From positions 18,910,001-18,974,000 of the forward strand of contig CM022665.1 of NCBI GenBank assembly GCA_012295275.1: a DNA stretch of 64,000 bases. Reading direction: 5' to 3'. How positions within the stretch are numbered: position 1 is the first letter of the stretch; each line of letters begins with the position of its first letter. Shown in pieces: positions 42,354-59,759 of this stretch. The DNA is from Chrysomallon squamiferum (lineage: Eukaryota; Animalia; Mollusca). Under the pieces are notes generated by a model. The model searched no databases. It worked only from the letters and a program-made list of their open reading frames with translations, and was not told where the DNA came from. A program made the position numbers and the translations under genes.

Positions 42354-42609
42354 ATTGCGAATTTAAATGTACTGTCAAGACCTAATTTTACACTGTTCCT
42401 CATTTATAACTTTACATATTACGTATAGTAATACTGTTGTGGTAGTATGTAAATTTATATTGCATGTCTGTGACAATGACGTCGCTTATTTCTATAATGA
42501 TCAGATTAGAAACATTTGCATCTAAGTAAAAAATTCATTGAAAACTGAGATTTTCTCCTAAAACATTAATCATTTTCAACTGTATAAATTATCCAAATTT
42601 AAAATTTAT

Positions 42610-43150
42610 TTTAATTGAGATCAGTATTTTTGAATTGTCCTGTTCTGAACTAGAACTGAAATAATACGAATTTATTTTAGTAAATAATGCCTTTGAAATC
42701 CAACCAGACACAAAAAATTAACCTTTTTGGCATGAATATTCCTGTTTGACACATGTATTGGTGGATTTTCACGCAAACAACAGAATTCTTTCCGCGCCAT
42801 GCTATAGTAGACATCCATGTTTCATCTCCATTCACCAATCTCTTCAAAAAAGGTTCAGTTTCATTGCGTTTTAAGAGCATGTTGCAAATGAAATAGTGGT
42901 TAATGCAGGTTTTATCTGACAAGTTGTGAGGTACCAACACGTAATAGTGGGAAATGTACCCAAGTTTCCCTAAGTGTTCGTGATCAGTACGCTTTGGAAC
43001 TTCCAACATCTCTGCTGAAATCACACAACCTGAATATTTTAAACTGTCTCCGAATCGATGATTCACCTACAGCACCTTCACCATTAACTTTACAAATGGT
43101 TTTACAAGTAGATAAATGCTGACAAAGGTAAGAGATATGCCGAATTTTGG
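42610..43150 (-). mobile_element. Inverted copy of the mariner fragment
   Basis: ORFs 42677-43066 and 42984-43208 (-) match 34334-34723 and 34192-34416 (+) almost exactly. Confidence 0.88.
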
Positions 43151-44602
43151 TTTGAAATGTAGCCAGTAGTTGAACACACTGCTTATAATATATCACTCGT
43201 ACCAACATTAATCCTTTATACGAAAGTATAATGACACATCGGTCGAAAAGTCAGACGATCTGATTATGGTCCTTAAGAATGGGAACACTGTAAATAGTCG
43301 GCATAAAGGAAACTGTAGATTATTTCTCACCAGACTACGATCACATCCGGGTGTTTACTGCAGCAGAAATCGAACACAAGATGACACACAGGTGTCCCGT
43401 GACAATTAATCTCAGAGATGTCGTCATCCTTCAGGTCAGTGCACGACCAGTTATTTCTTGTTCTGTGTAACTTCAGCTTAGTACTGTACGTTGCCACATC
43501 CAGACGACATGTCACCGACAAATTATAATCTTTTCTGTCCTTATACAACCACATATTCAATACTCGAGTCAGAAATTCATTTAAGTCTTAAGACTTTTAT
43601 AAAAGAGATATTTAAGTTTGAATCTCGTTGGGAAAAGATTCTATTCGCTGATTGGCTCTATTTTTGCGGACTTCTAAAAAACGCTTGAACGTTTTCGGCC
43701 ACTTGATATATATACAGAGAATCTGCTCTAAAATGAAAACATTGGTACCGAATCAGTTGTTCGGTTTATTGAAATATCAAAAATAGGATATGGAAATAAA
43801 ATGTTTTTAATTTAATTTCGAAATTTACAGCAGCTAATTCGGAATTATTAATTTGGCTGAATGAAAACTGTTGGATAGAAACAATTAAAATAATGGCTGC
43901 TTGATGGTGGCTTATATAAACTCATTAGGTACGAAGAGCAACACTTTTTTTGGAAGAGATTCTAATCTCCTTTCTAATGAACAGAGTACACATGTTTATT
44001 TCTGATACAAACATAAGTTCTTTAAATGACAAAAGCTGTTCAAAGGATAATCAAACAGCTATGAGGCGATCAATCACAACAACCAAGAAATGCTACACTG
44101 AGCATGCGTGTGTCAGTCTTTTCAGAACCTTGGACAACTAATTTATATAGTTTAGACAGTCAACATATGTTGCATGTTTCTGACTGTCAGAAGTACAATT
44201 TATATTAAATAAACACAACAGGACTGGGCAGTGTGTTTGATATTGAGAGTACAGGGTTTTCTGTTTTCAGGGATTATTTTCACTACTTAAACCTCTGTAC
44301 CTCATAGGACCAGAAAATAAGTTCGGTTTATAGAGTGTTCGGTTCAGCAGAGTTTATTCAAATCATGATGATGATGATAATGATGATGATAATGATGATG
44401 ATAATGATGATGATGATGATAATAAAATGACAATGATGATGATGATGATAAGAATAATAATGATAATGAACTCAACAAAAAGCACCACATCCGTATCGCT
44501 AACTAATTAATAGATAAGAATTAAAAACAAAATTGAAAAACGAACAACTCAATTTATTAAATTGAAAACTATCTTGACTTCATTTCATAACCGATACGGC
44601 TC

Positions 44603-45363
44603 TTAAGAATCTTGGCTTTGATCTGACTGATACATTATTGGTGTCCTCGGCCATATTGGTGACGTTGGCCACATTCTACCACCACAGCGTCTCTGACACT
44701 GTCTCCATGAGTAGAAGTTGTTTCGGTTTCCTCCGCACCCTCCGTATATGAATCTTTGGCACCGCCCTGTAAATCTGTTGTAGAAATAACGTCTAAAGGA
44801 GCCGAAACACGGTCCAGGGTTCACAGGTAGAAAGCATCCTGTAAAATCAGGAAACAAACTGTAATTCTGAACAGTTGAAACATAACAAAAATAAAAGAAA
44901 CTTTATAATAAATAATGAAGTAATGTAATTAATGTAAACGGTCTTTACGTCAGTATCCATCGCGTTACAAATGGAGCCTGAATTACTGTTGAATATTACA
45001 TTAAAACATCTTTCATTCGTTTACTAATTCTCTGAATTCATGATGCATAAATATTAAAAGACTTGACATATCAGTGTCACTCAGATGATAATATAGAATG
45101 TTTTTATTATCTCTGCGATATAAATACAAAATAAGCTCAGAAGTCCCTACGTGTAAAGGTAACAGCTTCTAATACTGAATTTATACACAAAAGGTTTGCG
45201 TTATACACAAGTGAGTAGGATAACATACTTGATCTAATGGTAATTGGGACACAGACTCCTCGAAATCTTCTTTGCACACATCTCAATCCTGGTCCGCAGT
45301 TCATGTTCTTAAAACGATAATGTTTGTTGTATATTCAGTTAAACAGTATAAATGGAGACATAG

Positions 45364-45452
<89 letters not shown>

Positions 45453-46097
45453 GGGGTTGTTGGAAAGAATCGAGATAACACTTGTACAGCGTATGTTTTG
45501 TTGATATAATTTATCGTTGTATTACAATAACGTTAAACAAAGTATTTAAAACAAAAAAAAAGGGAATAAGAGATACAGTTAAAGTTATATACTGAATTAA
45601 AAAATTATAACTTACCCAACATGGATTCCAGACGCCACCAACTAAAAATAAGATACACTCATAAGTTGTGATATTTATAAATACATTCATATTATAATTC
45701 CATTTTAACATAATTTTAGCATAACATTTTAAAATAAATACATATTCAGTCACTATTAAGTTCCAAAGAATTTACAATGAACTATATATATGAGGATAAA
45801 TAACGGAATGATCAATAAACATTATTTATTTTCATTTATTTATTTATTTATTTATTTTTTAACTTCTTTATTTTATTTGATCTGATTATGTTAAATAAAA
45901 ATAAAACACTTAAAGAATAAGAAGATAATAGGATACATTGAAGCTCTTTGTAAATAATGTGCTATGAATCTGCAGTATTTTCTAATAAAAAACAACTAAA
46001 ACACGCTGGTGTGTAAGACTGACTTACTCTGCGCATTGCTCTCAGTGTACAGGACAGCCAGAGAAACAGCAAACAAAAGAAGAATGGCGAACTTCAT
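44603..46097 (-). CDS. Gene B3: secreted FOLN-like + Kunitz protein (136 aa)
   Basis: Exons 46097-46028, 45641-45616 (IGGVWNPCW), 45307-45229, 44838-44603; splice sites intact. Confidence 0.92.
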
Positions 46098-46177
46098 CTT
46101 TGTAATAATCCTGTAACAGGGATTTATAGTACGAACTGTAAATTCAGTAATTTTAGAATAAATTCACTTACACACAG

Positions 46178-46218
<41 letters not shown>

Positions 46219-46868
46219 CATATATGTACATACACTCAGACTTGTACACACAGATATGCAAAATACATATGACTACATAGTAATATGCATACAGACAAAT
46301 ATAAAAATCCAAGTACAATAACAGACACACTAATATCAAATTTTGTTTTACTGCTGCTAGAGACTAATTCTTACAAATGTAAACATAATAACAAATACAT
46401 ACGTACGTACAAATCTACGTACAATAACAGACACACTAAAATGAAAGAAATGTTACTTACAGTAGAATCAGCAGTAGCTGCTACTAGAGACTAATGAAGC
46501 TAATTTTAAAACGTCTTACTTATATAGAAAAGAAAAACAATTTTAAACGGTCACTGTGATATTTTTCTTTTCTGTCCCCCAGGTGAACGGTCATCTCAGG
46601 TGACCAGTTGGTCAAATATGACATGGCACGCGCTCCTATCAGATTTATAGCTATGTGAAATTCTATCGTTATTAACACTATTTGCTCAAATTTATTTTCT
46701 CCTATTGTCATAAAACATATACATAAAACAAATTTGATATTAGTGTGTCTGTTATTGTACTTACATATTTATATTTGTTTGTATGCATATTACTATGTAG
46801 ATTTATAGCTATGTGAAATTCTATAGTTATTAACACTATTTGCTGAAATTTCTTTTCTTTTTTTCATA

Positions 46869-46899
<31 letters not shown>

Positions 46900-47591
46900 C
46901 ACATACAAACACACTTACCAGTGGGGCGTGATTATAGATAATAATGTAATCATTACATATATTATAATATCTTATAATTCCAAAACAAAAGAAAATTGTC
47001 TGTATTAATTGTTTTTGTGTTTTCTACTCAGATATAATGATGAAATATTTATTTATTTATTTATTCATTCATTCACTTTTTCATTCTTTTATTTATTTAA
47101 TTATTTTATATATAAATAATATTTTATTTTGATATATATTTTCAGTAAAAAAATTGGAGAAAGTTTTGAAAACGATCACTCGTGAAAAAACTGTAGTCAC
47201 ATCCATGTCCATCATATTTGTCATTGTGATTCATTTAACATGTTGACCTTACACTGGACACTCGGATATTGTCAACTTAATGTACAACAAATTACGTGTC
47301 ATATTGTCTTCAAACTACATGACACTTTGACAGTTTCATATGTAGACGTTTATTTTAGTCTTTCTTTGTAAATTTAATAAAACGAAACGACCATTTTGCT
47401 GTTTGAATCGTAATTCGAAGTTTTGCGATGTTTTGAATGAGAATTCAAAGCAACAGTTACATTTAGCAACATGTTTATAGAGAGGCTCACAAATAAGAGA
47501 CATTTTACATGTGTGTGTGTTTGTGAATTTATATATGGAGAAACATACATTTGGATGCATAAATACATAGATATATATGTGTATGTATGTT

Positions 47592-47641
<50 letters not shown>

Positions 47642-48113
47642 TAGTAACTTTCATACAAGCATGTGGCATATGGCCTACATAATACATACATACGTATACT
47701 CTATATATTTAAAATAAAATTCTGTATCTTGCACAAATTATTGTTGAAGTATAAATTCTCTGTACATACTAACTTCACAATTGTTTGTCAGTTTTACTCG
47801 TTTAATTTGTTGATTTAGTGTTTTGTTCATTAATTTCTTCACGTTATTATTATTATTATTACTAGTCGATGTTGTGTTTCGTCTGTTGTATTGTAGCTAC
47901 ATAAGAAAGGTATGACTGACGTCTGTTTAATAGTAACTTTTCCTATTGACAAATTTAATGAGAGATATCTAAGACTTGATTCAATTTATTTTTACAAAGT
48001 TTTTATTTCATCGGAATCCTACTGCCTTAGTCTTGATCTTAACGCGATAACTTTCATCTGAATCCGAGTTCAAAGCTTCTAACAGTACCATTGTAACCTG
48101 TGTATGTGTAGTA

Positions 48114-48146
<33 letters not shown>

Positions 48147-48339
48147 TAATAATAATATTAATATTAATAATAATAACAACAACAACAACACGAAGAACAA
48201 TATGAATGATAATAAATGATAATAATAATAGTAATACATAATAATAATAATAAATGATAATCGCTATATTTAAAGATAATAATCACCCAAAAGCTACATT
48301 GAAAACATTAGTAACTACAAAATGCTGTGCGAAAATATA

Positions 48340-48376
<37 letters not shown>

Positions 48377-50774
48377 GATCATCAAAATGTTATATTAAAA
48401 ATATTAATGACTGCAAAACGTCTCCAAACCGTCGCTATTAAAACATCCGAATGTCAGGTGTATGTAAAAAAAAAAAAAGAAATTTCGTTACCATGTAATC
48501 TTTGTAACTCTGAGTAATGCGGAGAAACTTTTATTCTGTTTTCAAAATTTACCAACGACTGTTTTAACATTTTAAATTTCCACGATAATGTTATTCCTGT
48601 GATCAGTATTTGATTTTTAATTTCATTTCTTTCTATTTTATTTGTCTAGGTTTTTTTTTTTAGTAATAATATATAGTTTTATTAATACTATTTATTTATT
48701 TAATTATTTACGGAATCAGTTTTACATAGAAACACTGCACACATACAAAACTATAACGTACTCAAGTTTGATTTATGTAAAGGTCAAGAACGTTCAGTGT
48801 TTTAGAAGTTTTTGACTTCAGTGACAAAAAGTGAAAAAGAAAAGAAAAAAGAACAAAGAAAATGTTTGACACACAGGTAAAACAGATTTATAGACAAACA
48901 GATAAATATTTAAACCGTAGAAAACATTTAATATAAGCTGTGTCTGTGAATTAAAAACTTAGAAATAGTTGTTTCTGTAACTATACCTAAATATATTTAG
49001 TAATAACGATTTTTATAGATCTTTAAATGCAAATGGTGTAAGAAATAATTCAACGATATTTTCTGTGAGCTTTTATGGTAGACATTTGATAAACTGGTTT
49101 TGATGCACGATCTGAAAAAGGAATGATCAAGTTCAGCTTGCTAAAAATAATTTATTTACCCGATTCTAAATGATATATAATTTTCTGCGTATTCATGCAT
49201 GTACAGTGTTTGCTTGCTACATGAGACTCGTATATAACCTGTTCTGTGAAAATCACCTAAATGAACTATTACCAGCACCTACTATAAAAATGTATTTCGT
49301 TTATTCCTAAATATAACATAGCTGCTGTTCTATTACGATTTTGCCATAAACACATAGACTCCACGCATCTGTATCTTAACATAGTCACAGCGCTGTCCAG
49401 TTTTATAATAAAATAAAGTGACGCCATCATTTATGCGGACACACACACACAATCACACCTGCACGCACAGACATACACAGACGGTGTACTAGAATATTTA
49501 CGTAGTTACATATACATATTTATGTAGATGTGCATTCGAGTGTTGTATGTACAGGACCCTTTGCCTGCACATATGTATACATCTATATCTGTACGTTAAT
49601 GACCCATCTGTCGAAATTTCAGGACGATCTGATTATGGTCCTTAAGAATGGGAACACTGTCAACAGTCGGCATAAAGGAAACTGTAGATTATTTCTCACC
49701 AGACTACGATCACATCCAGGTGTTTACTGCAGCAGAAATCGAACACAAGATGACACGCAGGTATCTCGTGACAATTAATCTCAGAGATGTCGTCATCCTT
49801 CAGGTCAGTGCACGACCAGTTATTTCTTGTTCTGTGTAACTTAAGCTTAGTACTCTACGTTGCCACATCCAGACGACATGTCACCGACAAATTCTAATCT
49901 TTTCTGTCCTTATACAACCACATACTCAATACTCGAGTCAGAAATTCATCTAAGTCTTAAGACTTTTATAAAAGAGATATTTAAGTTTGAATCTCGATGG
50001 GAAAAGATTATATTCGCTGTTTGGCTCTATTTTTGCGGACTCCTAAAAAACGCTTGAACGTTTTCGCCACTTGATATATATAGAAAGAATCTGCTCTAAA
50101 ATGAAAACATTGGTACCGAATCAGTTGTTCGGTTTATTAAGATATAGGATATGGAAATAAAATGCTTTTAATTTAATTTCGAAATTTACAGCAGCTAATT
50201 CGGAATTATTAATTTGGCTGAATGAAAACTGTGAGATAGAAACAGTAAAAATAATGGCTGCTTGATGGTGGTTTATATAAACTCATTAGGTACGACGAGT
50301 AACACTTTTTTTGGAAGATATTCTAATCTCCTTTCTAATGAACAGGGTACACATGTTTATTTCTGATACAAAACATAAGTTCTTTAAATGACAAAAGCTG
50401 TTCAAAGGATAATCAAACAGCTATGAGGCGATCAATCACAACAACCAAGAAATGCTACACTCAGCATGCGTGTGTCAGTGTTTTCAGAACCTTGGACAAC
50501 TAATCTATATGGTTTAGACAGACAACATATGTTGCATGTTTCTGACTGTCAGAAGTACAATTTGTATTAAATAAACACAAAAGGACAGGGCAGTGTGTTT
50601 GGTATTGAGAGTACAGGGTTTTCTGTTTTCAGGGATTATTTTCACTACTTAAAGCTCTGTACTTCATAAGACCAGGAAGTAAGCTGGGTTCTGAACGGGA
50701 ATTCGGTTTACAGAGGGTTCGGTTTAGCAGAGTTTATTCAAATCATGATGATAATGATGATGATGAAGATGATG

Positions 50775-50829
<55 letters not shown>

Positions 50830-51066
50830 CAATGATAATAAACTGAACAGAAAGCACCACATTCAAATGATAATGATAATGACGACGATGATGATGATGA
50901 TGATAACAGCAATAATAATAATGATAATAATAAACTCAACAAAAAGCACCACATCCGTATCGCTAACTAATTAATAGATAAGAATTAAAAACAAAACTGA
51001 AAAACGAACAACTCAATTTATTAAATTGAAAATTATTTTGACTTCATTTCGTAACCGATACGGTTA

Positions 51067-52565
<1,499 letters not shown>

Positions 52566-52648
52566 CTTTGTAATAATCCTGTAACAGGGATTTATAGTAC
52601 GAACTGTAAATTCAGTAATTTTAGAATACATTCACTTACACACAGTCA

Positions 52649-52706
<58 letters not shown>

Positions 52707-53858
52707 CATATATGCACATACACTCAGACTTGTACACACAGATATGCAAAATACATATGACTTGATAGCAGTATGCATACGGACAAATATAAAAATCCAA
52801 GTACAATAACAGACACACTAATATCAAATTTTGTTTTACTGCTGCTAGAGACTAATTCTTACAAATATAAACATAATAACAAATACATACGTACGTACAA
52901 ATCTACGTACAATAACAGACACACTAAAATGAAAGAAATGTTACTTACAGTAGAATCAGCAGTAGCTGCTACTAGAGACTAATGAAGCTAATTTTAAAAC
53001 GTCTTACTTATATAGAAAAGAAAAACAATTTTAAACGGTCACTGTGATATTTTTCTTTTCTGTCCTCCAGGTGAACGGTCATCTCAGGTGACCAGTTGGT
53101 CAAATATGACATGGCACGCGCTCCTATCAGATTTATAGCTATGTGAAAGTCTATCGTTATTAACACTATTTGCTGAAATTTCTTTTCTTCTATTTTCATA
53201 ATACATACATATATACATATATATTATAATATCTTATAATTCCAAAACAAAAGAAAATTGTCTGTATTAATTGTTTTTGTGTTTTCTACTCAGATATAAT
53301 GATGAAATATTTATTTATTTATTTATTCATTCATTCACTTTTTCATTCTTTTATTTATTTAATTATTTTATATATAAATAATATTTTATTTTGATATATA
53401 TTTTCAGTAAAAAAATTGGAGAAAGTTTTGAAAACGATCACTCGTGAAAAAACTGTAGTCACATCCACGTCCATCATATTTGTCATTGTGATTCATTTAA
53501 CATGTTGACCTTACACTGGACACTCGGATATTGTCAACTTAATGTACAACAAATTACGTGTCATATTGTCTTCAAACTACATGACACTTTGACAGTTTCA
53601 TATGTAGACGTTTATTTTAGTCTTTCTTTGTAAATTTAATAAAACGAAACGACCATTTTGCTGTTTGAATCGTAATTCGAAGTTTTGCGATGTTTTGAAT
53701 GAGAATTCAAAGCAACAGTTACATTTAGCAACATGTTTATAGAGAGGCTCACAAATAAGAGACATTTTACATGTGTGTGTGTTTGTGAATTTATATATGG
53801 AGAAACATACATTTGGATGCATAAATACATAGATATATATGTGTATGTATGTTTTATG

Positions 53859-53917
<59 letters not shown>

Positions 53918-54392
53918 TGGTAACATTCATACAAGCATGTGGCATATGGCCTACATAATACATACATACGTATACTCTATATATTTAAAATAAAATTCTG
54001 TATCTTGCACAAATTATTGTTGAAGTATAAATTCTCTGTACATACTAACTTCACAATTGTTTGTCAGTTTTACTCGTTTAATTTGTTGATTTAGTGTTTT
54101 GTTCATTAATTTCTTCACGTTATTATTATTATTATTACTAGTCGATGTTGTGTTTCGTCTGTTGTATTGTAGCTACATAAGAAAGGTATGACTGACGTCT
54201 GTTTAATAGTAACTTTTCCTATTGACAAATTTAATGAGAGATATCTAAGACTTGATTCAATTTATTTTTACAAAGTTGTTATTTCATCGGAATCCTACTG
54301 CCTTAGTCTTGATCTTAACGCGATAACTTTCATCTGAATCCGAGTTCAAAGCTTCTAACAGTACCATTGTAACCTGTGTATGTGTAGTAGTA

Positions 54393-54443
<51 letters not shown>

Positions 54444-54636
54444 TAATAATAATATTAATATTAATAATAATAACAACAACAACAACACGAAGAACAATAT
54501 GAATGATAATAAATGATAATAATAATAGTAATACATAATAATAATAATAAATGATAATCGCTATATTTAAAGATAATAATCACCCAAAAGCTACATTGAA
54601 AACATTAGTAACTACAAAATGCTGTGCGAAAATATA

Positions 54637-54667
<31 letters not shown>

Positions 54668-57090
54668 GATCATGAAAATGTTATATTAAAAATATTAATG
54701 ACTGCAAAACGTCTCCAAACCGTCGCTATTAAAACATCCGAATGTCAGGTGTATGTAAAAAAAAAAAAAAAGAAATTTCGTTACCATGTAATCTTTGTAA
54801 CTCTGAGTAATGCGGAGAAACTTTTATTCTGTTTTCAAAATTTACCAACGACTGTTTTAACATTTTAAATTTCCACGATAATGTTATTCCTGTGATCAGT
54901 ATTTGATTTTTAATTTCATTTCTTTCTATTTTATTTGTCTAGGTTTTTTTTTTTAGTAATAATATATAGTTTTATTAATACTATTTATTTATTTAATTAT
55001 TTACGGAATCAGTTTTACATAGAAACACTGCACACATACAAAACTATAACGTACTCAAGTTTGATTTATGTAAAGGTCAAGAACGTTCAGTGTTTTAGAA
55101 GTTTTTGACTTCAGTGACAAAAAGTGAAAAAAGAAAAGAAAAAAGAACGAAGAAAATGTTTGACACATAGGTAAAACAGATTTATAGACAAACAGATAAA
55201 TATTTAAACCGTAGAAATCATTTAATATAAGCTGTGTCTGTGAATTAAAAACTTAGAAATAGTTGTTTCTGTAACTATACCTAAATATATTTAGTAATAA
55301 CGATTTTTATAGATCTTTAAATGCAAATGGTGTAAGAAATAATTCAACGATATTTTCTGTGAGCTTTTATGGTAGACATTTGATAAACTGGTTTTGATGC
55401 ACGATCTGAAAAAGGAATGATCAAATTCAGCTTGCTAAAAATAATTTATTTACCCGATTCTAAATGATATATAATTTTCTGCGTATTCATGCATGTACAG
55501 TGTTTGCTTGCTACATGTGACTGGTATATAACCTGTTCTGTGAAAATCACCTAAATGAACTATTACCAGCACCTACTATAAAAATGTATTTCGTTTATTC
55601 CTAAATATAACATAGCTGCTGTTCTATTACGATTTTGCCATAAATGCATAGACTCCACGCATCTGTATCTTAACATAGTCACAGCGCTGTCCAGTTTTAT
55701 AATAAAATGGCGTGACGCCATCATTTATGCGGACACACACACACAATCACACCTGCACGCACAGACACACACAGACCGGTGTAGTAGAATATTTACGTAG
55801 TTACATATACATATGTATGTAGATGTGCATTCGAGTGTTGTATGTACGCGACCCTATGCCTGCACATATGTATACATCTATATCTGTACGTTAATGACCC
55901 ATCTGTCGAAATTTCAGGACGATCTGATTATGGTCCTTAAGAATGGGAACACTGTGAACAGTCGGCATAAAGGAAACTGTAGATTATTTCTCACCAGACT
56001 ACGATCACATCCGGGTGTTTACTGCAGCAGAAATCGAACACAAGATGACACGCAGGTATCTCGTGACAATTAATCTCAGAGATGTCGTCATCCTTCAGGT
56101 CAGTGCACGACCAGTTATTTCTTGTTCTGTGTAACTTCAGCTTAGTACTCTACGTTGCCACATCCAGCCGACTCATGTCACCGACAAATTATAATCTTTT
56201 CTGTCCTTATACAACCACATACTCAATACTCGAGTCAGAAATTCATCTAAGTCTTAAGACTTTTATAAAAGAGATATTTAAGTTTGAATCTCGTTGGGAA
56301 AAGATTCTATTCGCTGATTGGCTCTATTTTTGCGGACTTCTAAAAAACGCTTGAACGTTTTCGGCCACTTGATATATATATATACAGAGAATCTGCTCTA
56401 AAATGAAAAACATTGGTACCGAATCAGTTGTTCGGTTTATTAAGATATAGGATATGGAAATAAAATGTTTTTAATTTAATTTTGAAATTTACAGCAGCTA
56501 ATTCGGAATTATTAATTTGGCTGAATGAAAACTGTGGGATAGAAACAACTAAAATAATGGCTGCTTGATGGTGGCTTATATAAACTCATTAGGTAGGAAG
56601 AGCAACACTTTTTTTGGAAGAGATTCTAATCTCCTTTCTAATGAACGGAGTACACATGTTTATTTCTGATACAAACATAAGTTCTTTAAATGACAAAAGC
56701 TGTTCAAAGGATAATCAAACAGCTATGAGGCGATCAATCACAACAACCAAGAAACGCTGCATTGAGCATGCGTGTGTCAGTTTTTTCAGAACCTAGGACA
56801 ACTAATTTATATAGTTTAGACAGTCAACATATGTTGCATGTTTCTGACTGTCAGAAGTACAATTTGTATTAAATAAACACAACAGGACTGGGCAGTGTGT
56901 TTGGTATTGAGAGTACAGGGTTTTCTGTTTTCAGGGATTATTTTCACTACTTAAAGCTCTGTACCTCATAGGACCAGGAAGTAAGCTGGGTTCTGAAGGG
57001 GAATTCGGTTTACAGAGGGTTCGGTTTAGCAGAGTTTATTCAAATCATGATGATAATGATGATGATGAAGATGATGATAATAATAATAAT

Positions 57091-57125
<35 letters not shown>

Positions 57126-57267
57126 TGATAATAAACTGAACAGAAAGCACCTCATCCGTATCGCATAGTAATTAACAGATAAGAATTAAAAACAAAACTG
57201 AAAAACGAACAACTCAATTTATTAAATTGAAAATTATTTTGACTTCATTTCATAAACGATACGGCTC

Positions 57268-58036
57268 TTAAGAATCTTGGCTTTGATCTGACTGATACAT
57301 TATTGGTGTCCTCGGCCATATTGGTGACGTTGGCCACATTCTACCACCACAGCGTCTCTGACACTGTCTCCATGAGTAGAAGTTGTTTCGGTTTCCTCCG
57401 CACCCTCCGTATATGAATCTTTGGCACCGCCCTGTAAATCTGTTGTAGAAATAACGTCTAAAGGAGCCGAAACACGGTCCAGGGTTCACAGGTAGAAAGC
57501 ATCCTGTAAAATCAGGAAAAAAATCTGTAATTCTGAACAGTTGAAACATAACAAAACTAGGAGAAACTTTATAATAAATAATGAACTAATGTAATTAATG
57601 TAAACGGTCTTTACGTCAGTATCCATCGCGTTACAAATGGAGCCTGAATTAATGTTGAATATTACATTAAAACACCTTTCATTCGTTTACTAATTCTCTG
57701 AATTCATGATGCATAATATTAAAAGACTTGATATATCAATATCACTCAGTTGATAATATAGAAAGTTTTTATTAATCGAGTGATATAAAATTATCAAAAT
57801 AAGCTCCGGAGCTTTGTCCAAAGTATAAAAGGTAACAGCTTCTAATACTGAATTTATACACAAAAGGTTTGTGTTATACACAAGTGAGTAGGATAACATA
57901 CTTGATCTAATGGTAATTGGGACACAGACTCCTCGAAATCTTCTTTGCACACATCTCAATCCTGGTCCGCAGTTCATGTTCTTAAAACGATAATGTTTGT
58001 TGTATATTCAGTTAAACAGTATAAACGAAGACATAG

Positions 58037-58105
<69 letters not shown>

Positions 58106-58718
58106 TGTTGGAAAGAATCGAGATAACACTTGTACAGCGTGTGTTTTGTTGATATAATTTATCGTTGTAATTACAATGACGTTAAACAAAGCATTTAAAA
58201 AAAAAAAAAAAAAGGGAATTAGAGATACAGTTATATACTGAATTAAAAAATGATAACTTACCCAACATGGATTCCAGACGCCACCAACTAAAAATAAGAT
58301 ACACGCATAAGTTGTGATATTTATAAATACATTCATATTTATTAAAATTATATTTATAGTGGGAATCCTATTATAATGCCATTTTAGAAAATGTCTTACT
58401 TATATACAATCAACTATATACATGACGATAATGATCAGATAGGTCAACAAACACTACTTATTTTTAATTATTATTAATTTTTTTACATCTTTTTTATTTT
58501 ATTTGATCATGTTAAATAAAAATAAAACACTTAAAGAATAAGAAGATAATAGGATACATTGAAGCTCTTTGTAAATAATGTTCTATGAGTCTGCAGTATT
58601 TTCTAATAAAAAACAACTAAAACACGCTGGTGTGTAAGACTGACTTACTCTGCGCATTGCTCTCAGTGTACAGGACAGCCAGAGAAACAGCAAACAAAAG
58701 AAGAATGGCGAATTTCAT
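57268..58718 (-). CDS. Gene B5: secreted FOLN-like + Kunitz protein (136 aa)
   Basis: Exons 58718-58649, 58287-58262 (IGGVWNPCW), 57980-57902, 57503-57268. Intron 1 is only ~120 nt, versus ~390 nt in B1. Confidence 0.92.
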
Positions 58719-59759
58719 CTTTGTAATAATCCTGTAACAGAAATTTATACACTCAGTTATACATACAGATATGCACAGTCCTATGACTACATACATATAT
58801 ATATATATATATACAATAACAGACACACTAAAATGAAAGAAATGTTACTTACAGTAGAATCAGCAGTAGCTGCTACTAGAGACTAATGAAGCTAATTTTA
58901 AAACGTCTTACTTATATAGAAAAGAAAAACAATTTTAAATGGTCACTGTGATATTTTTCTTTTCTGTCCTCCAGGTGAACGGTCATCTCAGGTGACCAGT
59001 TGGTCAAATATGACATGGCACGCGCTCCTGTCAGATTTATAGCTATGTGAAATTCTATCGTTATTAACACTATTTGCTCAAATTTGTTTTCTCCTATTGC
59101 CATATGCTTATATAAAATTGGCATTTGTTTTTAAATAATCATTACATATATTATAATATCTTATGCTTCGAAAAGAAATAGAAATTGTGTGTTATAATTA
59201 TTTTCTTATTTTTTACTCATATAATAATGATACAAATGTTTATTTATTTATTTATTCATTCATTCATTTATTCATTCCTCTATTTATTTAATTATTTTAT
59301 ATATAAACAATATTTAAGAAAAAGCAATTTTATATTTTATCTTTATATATATTTTCAGTAGTAAATTAGGGAAAGTTTTGAAAACGATCACTCGTGAAAA
59401 AAACTGTAGTCACATCCATGTCCGTCATATTTGTCATTGTGATTCATTTAACATGTTGAGGTTTAACTGGACATTCCTCCTTAATATCATATTTCATAAA
59501 ACTGTTCGACAGTTTCATGTGTAGCTGTCTGCGGTTATCTTAGCGTTTTCATCACTTTTACTTTAAGAAATCGTAAAGACCATTTTACTGTCTATATTTT
59601 AGTTTCAATTTTTATGGTGTTTTCAATGATAATATAGAATTTTATATTTGTATGTACAGAGACTATGAAATAAGAAACATTTACTAATACTGCAAATAAA
59701 GTATAATAGATTAAGAATTGTTCAGTACGTTTAAATATATATATATATATATTAAATTA